This document shows positions 55,803-64,000 of a stretch of 64,000 nt of DNA, one piece after another (position 1 is the first letter of the stretch; each line of letters starts with the position of its first letter). The position numbers were made by a program, and so were the translations under genes. Source of the stretch: Eledone cirrhosa. Taxonomy: Eukaryota. The stretch lies in NCBI GenBank assembly GCA_964016885.1, contig OZ024752.1, positions 18,042,001 through 18,106,000 on the forward strand, given 5' to 3'. The notes beneath the pieces are model-generated. The model worked only from the letters and a program-made list of their open reading frames with translations. It was not told the origin of the DNA and searched no databases.

Positions 55803-56265
55803 ATTAAGCAAACAGAAGTCTGATGGGCTTATGGTTGCAGAGTTGAGCCCTGTGGTATCAGAGTATAAATAAATAGGAAGAGTTTTATTTTTATGCAATT
55901 TTGCTAGTTTCTTATTCACAAAACTGTTTTTAAACTTTCTCCCACATTTTCGTAACATTTACATTAAACATTCAAATGTAAAGGTACTGGCTTTTTGTAT
56001 GTATACTTGTTAACAAAAGCTATTGCTAGAAATAGCAGCTAATTCTACCTTAAACCACACACTACCATCTTTAAAAAGGACGGGATAGTCATGGCTGGAA
56101 CACTATTGATCATAAATAAGCAGGATCCAAGCTTAACAACAACAATCCAACATGTCAGATTTTCTTCAAATCATATATATGCGTGTGTGTGTGTGTGTGT
56201 CTCGGATTCAACCGGGGGGGGGGGGGGGGTAACCACAGTAAGGTACTCAATACATTAGTAGAGTG

Positions 56266-56361
56266 TATACAACAAATTTAATATAGAAATGGCTTCTACA
56301 TGACTAGAACTGTTTCATTTTAGTCCTGCAGAAGCCACTTCTATATTAAGCTTGTTATATA
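56266..56361. repeat. Imperfect inverted repeat (44-bp arms, 8-nt loop)
   Basis: TATACAACAAATTTAATATAGAAATGGCTTCTACATGACTAGAA pairs with TTTTAGTCCTGCAGAAGCCACTTCTATATTAAGCTTGTTATATA. Confidence 0.8.
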
Positions 56362-58144
56362 TATGAAAGCTATTTTATATAACATCTTTCCTGAGAAAAC
56401 TTGGGTAAATAGGTATAGTCCTATTTGCGTATACTATTAAAATGAAAGTAAAATTTCCAGGCAGAAAATCGAAAATCTAAACGTAAACAACATATAGTTA
56501 CTTTCTGTTTCTAGCGAAACAAACGAAATATGCTTATTTTGTGTATATAAACTGACAAGAACACGAGCGTACAGACTTTATTATTATTTTAAATAAAACT
56601 TTCACTTGTGGCAGTATTATACAAATACTAAGTACGTTTCAATGTTTGCGTTTGTAGTTTAGTTTGGTCTGGAATTTTTACTTTCACTTTAAAGGAACTC
56701 GCAAATAAGACTATACCGGTATGGCAAAGTCTTTGAATAAACCAACTCCGACAGGATTGAAACGCAAAACTTAAGTGGTGTCTTAAATGGTGTAGAGTAT
56801 TTATTTAGTGAACCTAAAGTCCTTGCTTTGTTTCTTAGCTTGGTATCAATTTAATAAAAACAAGAAAATACCTGCATTTTAGGAAGTCTAAAATAGCAAC
56901 AAAAATTATGATTAATAAAATAGCTTATGGAAGACCAGACACAGATGTGTTTATGTGGAAGAGATTAAATTTCAGATTTACAAAGATCAATTAAAAAACA
57001 AACAAATCACTAAGGGTCAGTTCCTTTATAATTCTGTTTTAACAATATTACCTATATATGGTACATAAACAAAAAAAAATGTGGCGATAATATACAACAA
57101 ATTAAATATTTTAACGCAATTTCTTCAATTTCACTATTTTATAGAGGAAAGTGAGACATCTTTGACACTGAAATGCATTTTTCTTTATACTTAAAATGTT
57201 ATATAACACAAGATGTTTGTTAAAAAATGTTACCTAAGTTGAGAGATTGCGTTATATTGAAGAAAAACATACATCAGCATTGTTGTTTGAAATAGAATTG
57301 CATGGTTATAAAGTTTACGTAAACACAAAAGCAGTTTCGGTTTTGTAAAAATTATAACACGAATCGTCTACCATATGCATTTTGGGGCCAAACCATAATT
57401 TTCATCGTTACTTCAGACATCTAAAGTAAAAGTAACTTTATATATCTGGAAAAAAAAACAATAATTAAGTAACGAAGTAATACATGTTTAAAAACTGTGA
57501 CTTATTAATACAGTACCAAAAATAATTCAAACAATCGAAATAACATTATAGTCTACACAATTTTAAAGGCCTCCATATGCAACTTGAGAAGAAATAATAC
57601 ATATACAACAAAAATAATAAAAAGACAATAGCTGCAATGTATGAAATCTAATAAATAAAGTAAATAGACACATTGAAACAGCTTTCGCATGGTTATTACC
57701 TAGATTTAAATCGTGGAAGTACATCAGAGGTAGCAAAACCAAATAAATTCGACAACAGATTGTAAAGCACCAAAGGAAACAACTGATATATTATATGTAT
57801 GTTAGTGTACCAATCGACCGTCAGATGGCACAACATTCGCCGATCGTAGCTTTACTAGAGATTTCGATTATGTCCCCTTTAAATGCTTCTTAATATTTCT
57901 CATAAAATATGAAGCGTATGGCAAATTTTAAAGTATAAATCAGAAAAAATGTATATATATAATATAAAATATGAATATAATATATATATCTGATGACCCT
58001 GTTATAACAGGCGACACTCCAGTGACAAGACTCACGATTCAGCCTTAATAAAATAAATATATATATAACGGAGTAAATGTGGTAAGGAACCAGGTGGACC
58101 ATAACGCACCAAAGTACTCAATACTTAGAGTAGTAGAGTGGGTA

Positions 58145-58245
58145 ATAGGAACGAGTAGGACCCCCACGGCTGAGCTGAAGCCGTTTCGACGGCTAAGCCG
58201 TCGAAACGGCTTGAGCTCAGCCGTCGGGGTCCTACTCGTTCCTAT
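58145..58245. repeat. Near-perfect GC-rich palindrome (50-bp arms, 2 mismatches, 1-nt spacer)
   Basis: ATAGGAACGAGTAGGACCCC..GTTTCGACGGCT-A-AGCCGTCGAAAC..GGGGTCCTACTCGTTCCTAT. Confidence 0.95.
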
Positions 58246-58449
58246 ATATATATATACATATGTTTGCTTTTTCTAAATATATATATAACATATATGAAAG
58301 CAAAATTCAGTTTATATATCTGAACTGTTTTTGCTCTGACCGAAATGTTCGAATTCCTGCCTTTCGAACAGCGTACACATTTATTTATATATACCAGTTT
58401 TATTTCAAAATTTTTACTGGAGGAGGCATTTATTATTAGTCTACTATAG

Positions 58450-58572
58450 CCATTCTGAGTTCAAATCCCGCCGAGGTTAACTTTGCCTTTCATCCTTATG
58501 GGGTCGATAAATAAAGTACCAGTAATACACTGAGTATCTGCTGGCCTTGTGCCAAAAGTAGAAACAATTATT
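58450..58572 (+). mobile_element. 5'-truncated Meta-like SINE just upstream of FNTB
   Basis: B box GAGTTCAAATCC, core and GAAACAATTATT end. Confidence 0.78.
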
Positions 58573-58653
58573 AGTCTACTATAGTGTTCGCTTTAAGATT
58601 ACACCTACAATTGGGAGTTACGTTCTCTTGTGTCGGTGATAATTTCAACAGGC

Positions 58654-58694
58654 TTGCTGCTAGGTGGCGTTGCTGGCGGCACGTGACAAACAGC
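58654..58694 (+). promoter_or_regulatory. Candidate FNTB proximal promoter/5' UTR motifs
   Basis: Locally GC-rich, with E-box CACGTGAC at ~58680 and a CTCF-like GCTAGGTGGCG. Motif matches only. Confidence 0.3.
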
Positions 58695-60014
58695 ATGGCG
58701 GCAGAAATTAAACGCCTTTTTCCTCGTTATGCGGAAAGTCTCGAAGACGGTATACTCGCTGAAAGTCGCTTGAAAAATGACGGAATTTCTACCGATACTT
58801 CATACGAACAGGAAAATGTTGAAAAAGAAATTGAAAAAATGTTCCTTGCTGCTCGAGCGCAATACTTTGGTGAATTAGAAATAAGTTATAAAGACGATTC
58901 TAGTTCCGAAGACATTATTATCGACAAACATCGCAATGGTGCACCACCCTGTTTAAAGAAAAAACGGCACATTGCTTTCTTGACAGCAGGTCTTCGAGAG
59001 TTGGGAGTATCTTACCAATGTCTCGATGCTAGCCGCACTTGGATGTGTTACTGGATTCTCCACAGCCTCGACTTGCTAGATGCTCTCCCACTCTCAACTG
59101 AAATAGAGATTCATGTTGCAAATTTTTTAAATCGCTGTCAACATCCAAAGGGAGGATTCGGCGGAGGACCAGAACAAGAACCTCATCTTGCTTCTACTTA
59201 CGCTGCAGTCAACGCTTTATGTATTCTTGGCAGCAAACACGCTTTTGATGTAATAGACAGACCGAAATTGCTGTCATTCTTCTTTCGTATGAAACAACCT
59301 GATGGATCTTTTACTCTACATGAAAATGGTGAAACAGATGTACGCGGAATTTACCTCGTTGCCAGCGCTGCCATACTCAGTAATATTATATCTAGTTGTT
59401 CAAAGTTGTTCCACCTATCACCAGAATGGGTGACAAGTTGCCAGACATACGAAGGGGGATTTGCCGGACGTCCAGGCTTGGAAGCTCACGGTGGTTACAC
59501 GTTTTGTGGTCTTGCTGCTTTGTGCCTTCTCGGCAAACTCCATTTGTGTGATACTAAAGTGTTACTTCGTTGGATTGCTAATAGACAAATGAGATACGAA
59601 GGAGGCTTCCAAGGTCGCACTGAAAAACTTGTTGATGGTTGTTACTCGTTTTGGCAAGGAGGTGCCATTGCCCTGTTACAATCGGCTTTACTAAAACAAG
59701 GTGAAGTGGGTTTTCCTTCGGATATCTGGCTCTTTCATTCTGGTGCTTTGCAGGAATATGTATTAACTTGTTGCCAACACACCCGTGGTGGCCTTCGAGA
59801 CAAACCTAAGAAATCTCGAGACTTCTATCACACCTGCTATTGTTTAAGCGGATTATCTATTGCTCAGCATAACGGTTCTAAACTCACTTTGCATATCCTC
59901 GGTGGAGATGACAATGAATTGAAACCTACACACCCTACTTTTAATATATGTGGAAATAGTGTTTACAAAGCTTTGCAATATTATAAGTCTCTTCCCATTC
60001 CTGATGACCCTTAG
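58695..60014 (+). CDS. FNTB: Protein farnesyltransferase subunit beta, intronless CDS, ~439 aa
   Basis: CLDASRTWMCYW, GGFGGGP..PHLASTYAAVN, EAHGGYTFCG, EGGFQGR, Zn-ligand motifs KLVDGCYSFW and DFYHTCYCLSG. Start at agcATGg, not the track's GTG. Confidence 0.95.
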   Translation: MAAEIKRLFPRYAESLEDGILAESRLKNDGISTDTSYEQENVEKEIEKMFLAARAQYFGELEISYKDDSSSEDIIIDKHRNGAPPCLKKKRHIAFLTAGLRELGVSYQCLDASRTWMCYWILHSLDLLDALPLSTEIEIHVANFLNRCQHPKGGFGGGPEQEPHLASTYAAVNALCILGSKHAFDVIDRPKLLSFFFRMKQPDGSFTLHENGETDVRGIYLVASAAILSNIISSCSKLFHLSPEWVTSCQTYEGGFAGRPGLEAHGGYTFCGLAALCLLGKLHLCDTKVLLRWIANRQMRYEGGFQGRTEKLVDGCYSFWQGGAIALLQSALLKQGEVGFPSDIWLFHSGALQEYVLTCCQHTRGGLRDKPKKSRDFYHTCYCLSGLSIAQHNGSKLTLHILGGDDNELKPTHPTFNICGNSVYKALQYYKSLPIPDDP

Positions 60015-60483
60015 CAATTAATTATATATATATTTAATTAAACAAATGTTGAAGAAGTGACTGCTTGTAGTCGAAAATATCTTCATATCCTTTTATCAAT
60101 GTAAGAGAGATAATTCAGCTCTAGATTAGTTCCGGTTTCGTCTTTTATTTTTAAAAACCATCGTTTTAAAGGAGACTGGGGTTTATTTCTCTAGTTTATG
60201 ACTGCCTATATTTTTCAGGGAGAAATTTATGATGTTACTTCCCCATTTTATTTATTTAATAATTATCCTCTAGTCTTCTCCAACTAAAGCAAGTATCATA
60301 TTTTTATCCAGCTACATGTTTTTCTTTTCTTACTTTCTTTCTGTCTAATATTTCATTTGTTGGAGGTCTGTTAAATAATTAAAGCTTGTTAAGAGAAACA
60401 GAAAACAGCGGATGGGATTTACTTTGTTCATATGTGCGTTAAATTAATTTAACCGTATAGGCCCACTGATTCTTTGTACGAAT

Positions 60484-60727
60484 AGGCTATGTAGCCGGGA
60501 AACCCTAAAGGGACGCAACACACATCGCTATAGCGTTTCACCAGCCCTTTCCTTCTGCTGTCTGTATTTGTTTATGTATTTACGTGTAGATATGTGTGTA
60601 TGTAACTAAAGTAACTTACGAATGGATGACTAAATGATTTAAACTTATTTTTTAAACAATTGATGGTGGAAAAGATTTCAAATTGTTTTAACTTGGGTGT
60701 CTAACACTCTTACCGGCTACATAGCCT
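60484..60727. mobile_element. MITE-like segment with 15-bp terminal inverted repeats
   Basis: AGGCTATGTAGCCGG ... CCGGCTACATAGCCT; no clear TSD. Confidence 0.45.
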
Positions 60728-60876
60728 CTTCCTTCTTTGTAATATCTGTAATTGGCCCACTCAGTGGAATTGGAACTTCTAATTTCCTCGGTAGGAGATT
60801 TTGTCGTCTTAACCTTTGCTTATGTTTTGGTCAATGATGCTTTTGTAGAAAGTATTTTAATGATATTCCAACTTTA

Positions 60877-61055
60877 GTATCGGTAGAGGGTCGGACGCCA
60901 TGCTTTGACGCATAGTTACGGCCCTTGCCATTCTGAGTTCAAATCCCGCCGAGGGTTAACTTTGCCTTTCATCCTTAAGGGGTCGATAAAATAAAGTGCC
61001 AGTAATGCACTGGGTAATTGCTGGCCTTGTGCCAATAGTAGAAACAATTATTATT
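60877..61055 (+). mobile_element. Meta-like SINE copy
   Basis: Collinear with 15746-15919 and 24703-24842. Confidence 0.8.
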
Positions 61056-61569
61056 TTATTTTTATCTCAACATTAGATTTGTGTGTGTGAATGGTTGCTT
61101 ATGCAAAGATCGTTTACGAATGCCTTTAAAATCTTTTGTCTAAATTAATAAACTAGATAATTTTCTATTACAGCACAATTTTATCCCCAATACCAGCACA
61201 CCTTGTTTCTCTCTCTCTCTCTCTCTCTCCATTTTTCGGTCTGATAACTTAATTATATACCTCCAATCATTTCAGTATTAAATAACTTCCACGGGAATCT
61301 TTCTGTTTCCTCTACGAATAAAATAAAGCATTTATTTATTTTAAAAACCACTTCTCTAACTTTATGCAATTTTTAAAACTGACTTCGTTAAAAAAAATCA
61401 TTTTTTAAGTCGTCTTATTTTTTCTTAATGTTTTATTCACAGTTGTATAATAAATATTACAAATTATTTATAATTCTTACAGAGTGAAAACACAAATCCG
61501 TATAATAAATACAATTAATTATTGCCATGAGCCTTACAAATATGATCACAGCTAGAGACAAACAAAAAC

Positions 61570-61620
61570 AATTGACCGACCTGGTGGTAAACCATCAGTT
61601 TACCACCAGGTCGGTTAATT
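61570..61620. repeat. 23-bp-arm hairpin
   Basis: AATTGACCGACCTGGTGGTAAAC-catca-GTTTACCACCAGGTCGGTTAATT (one G-T pair). Confidence 0.9.
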
Positions 61621-61960
61621 GGTCACACAACCACACCACAAGGATCAACCGAAATTTTTGAGGCAAGCCAACACACATGCAGCATTTCGGTTTGGAGGGT
61701 TATAGCTTTTCTTCGCCTACATATTCCTGACAAGGTCATGGGGGAAGACTCCTTAAACACTCCTTCTCGTGGGTCCTGTCAGAAGCAACCGTCTTCAAAT
61801 GATCTGGCTGGACCCCCTAAACGAAACTAGCCAAGCTCATGGATGTTTTCCAACCATCTTGCTCGGGGCCTACCCCTGGGTTTCCTACCTGTTTGTTTCG
61901 CCAATAAAATCTGTCCAGCAATTCTTACCTGAGACATTCTAACCACATGTCCATAGTATT

Positions 61961-62019
61961 GGACTTGCTTGGGTAGTACATATACTAAAATTGGAACTAT
62001 ACAGAGAAGGTTTGCATGG
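61961..62019 (+). pseudogene. RNU6: 3'-truncated U6 snRNA pseudogene
   Basis: GGACTTGCTTGGGTAGTACATATACTAAAATTGGAACTATACAGAGAAGGTTTGCATGG matches U6 nt ~1-59, including the ACAGAGA box, with several substitutions. The 3' half is absent. Confidence 0.88.
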
Positions 62020-62822
62020 GTTTATAGCTACATTACTGAATTTTTTGTGCAGAAATATTGGTTTGCATTTGAAGTGTATAAATATATTTCTATTTCTTAC
62101 ACTTTCATACTTAATGCTTTGAAATGTAAACAAAATAATATTGATATACTTGAAATGCAAATGAAATATGGTATGGTATGGTATGGTGCCGGTACTCCGG
62201 AGGGAGTTGTAGGGACACTGTATTGACATACAGCATTTTTAGGCATTTTGAAGACCTGCTGAGCCCATCCTTGAACACAGCCGATTTCTTCCAGAGAGGA
62301 AGTAAAAAAGAAATATTGGAGAAAGAATCAACCTCAGTACTTGACTGGTATTTTTTTACACCCCGGCACACTGGTGTGCTGCCAAATAGCAAGACTATTT
62401 CAGAATGTGAATAACAACAGTTAATATTCATAATAAAGTTCATAACTGTCAGAGTAGGAAACTAAGAATGAAAATATTGCCAAAACAAAACACCAAATAT
62501 GCTTCTCATGGATAACCTCACTCCATTACTTTTTTTTTTTACTAAAGAAGGAAGAACAAAATGTTTCTGTATTTTAAATTATCTATATTTCTACTTTATG
62601 CTATGCTAATATGTATAAATACCTATTGAATAAATATTAAAATTTACGTATAAAGAGCAAAATATTTTTACTTGTTCTCAAGTAAAGAATAGAGCAGGCA
62701 TTTCCACAGAGTATGGTGAGGGAGACGCATTGGAAGAGCCGTTCCAGCTCGCAAGGCTCACACCTGCGAGTAGCTAACTCCATGTTGATGGTGGTTCTAG
62801 AGCCAAGGGCACCAGAAGTCTT

Positions 62823-63157
62823 ATCATCATCATTTCATTTTACGTCCGCTTTTTCCCTGCTTGCAAGGGTGGGACGGGAACTGATGCTGGCTTGATTTCT
62901 ACAGCTGGATGCCCTTCTTAACACCAACCTCATTTACAGTGAGTGCTGGGTGCTTTTTTGCCGTGGCACCTCCACGACCACTTTGCAGTGGAATGATATG
63001 GACCCCAGTCCCTATCATCTCATTTCTACAGCTGAGTAAACTGGAGCAATGTGAAATAAAGTGTCTTGCTCAAGGAAACAACACATCACCCGGTCTGAGA
63101 ATTGAACTCACAACCTTTCGATTGCAAGGCCAATGGTCTAACCACTAAGCTATGTGC
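62823..63157 (-). mobile_element. tRNA-CORE SINE with RTE family-B tail
   Basis: Near-identical to 20613-20952. Confidence 0.88.
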
Positions 63158-64000
63158 TTATAATAGTGAGAGATGGGGAGAGCAAGAAAGATGGGGCAGT
63201 GACTATACCAGCATTGCTGAAGTATTTTGTAGAGTAAAGAATTTGGGAACTACTGTTTTAGTTCATTTTAAATGTACCTTGCCTTATTTTAGTACTGGTG
63301 TATATAGTGTGTACCCAGTCATATCCCTATTTCTGTATTATCTCTTGTTCAGTATGTCCTTAGCCAGAGATTTGTGTTTCAGGTTAGTGAATACAAATCA
63401 TTCTTCTTAGCTGTATATGAAGATCTGCAACTTCTTAAATGTCTTGTTAAGGCCCCAAGATTCTGCCCCATAAATGACTGCATTCACATTTGAATAATAC
63501 ATTTATTTTTTATAAATATGGTCATAAGTCTTGTTAAATAGATGTTCTTGAACTGCAGAAAGGATGATATGGCTTGACCAATTCCTATCCTTATGTCTAC
63601 CATGGTGCTACCTTTTTTCTTTTTCTCTCTCACGTGCTTCCAAAGTATGAAAAGGTTTCTACCATATGCACTGCTATGCTGGCCAGTTTTACTGGTTTTG
63701 CGCTTCCAATGTTTATCTTCAAGAATTTTCTCTTTTTAAATTTCTAGTCCAACTTCCTTCATAGTTGTCACCATCTTCTGCATCTATTGCTGACAGACTA
63801 TGCTATGTTACTGGTAAATTCAGTTGTGTAAGAAATACCATTTTTTTTTCTGCTCACATTCCTGCTAGATCAAGTGGATACTTAATTGGAGCTACTCATC
63901 TCTTAGATGGGCCAAGACCCTGCATACATACACTCCTGCACTCTACTGCGTGCATTATATTGTGGCACCAGCACTGGGGAGATTATGTTTTCAACACAGC

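Overview
Eukaryotic, repeat-dominated, AT-rich DNA. The repeat repertoire looks like an octopod cephalopod (huge (TA)n/(TACA)n fields, tRNA-CORE SINEs with RTE-type (GAT)n tails); this is an inference. Layout: (1) 1-11313, a very homogeneous ~628-bp tandem array, directly abutting (2) an apparently intact RTE-clade LINE whose single ORF (APE endonuclease + RT) carries a C4HC3 PHD finger just after the RT; (3) SINEs, Penelope-type minimal hammerhead motifs, a deleted DD37D/maT transposon and a ~11-kb AT microsatellite field; (4) an intronless KAT5/Tip60 CDS on the minus strand; (5) a 28/32-bp minisatellite (32.1-49.9 kb) interrupted by a decayed two-LTR Ty3/Gypsy element; (6) MITEs, SINEs, a second PHD-bearing RTE family and several near-perfect hairpins; (7) an intronless farnesyltransferase beta (FNTB) CDS on the plus strand and a 3'-truncated U6 pseudogene. 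The strongest leads are the PHD-carrying RTE retrotransposons with their likely clients (SINEs with two alternative tails, a U6 copy) and the two intact intronless copies of normally intron-rich housekeeping genes. All counts and alignments were made by eye.
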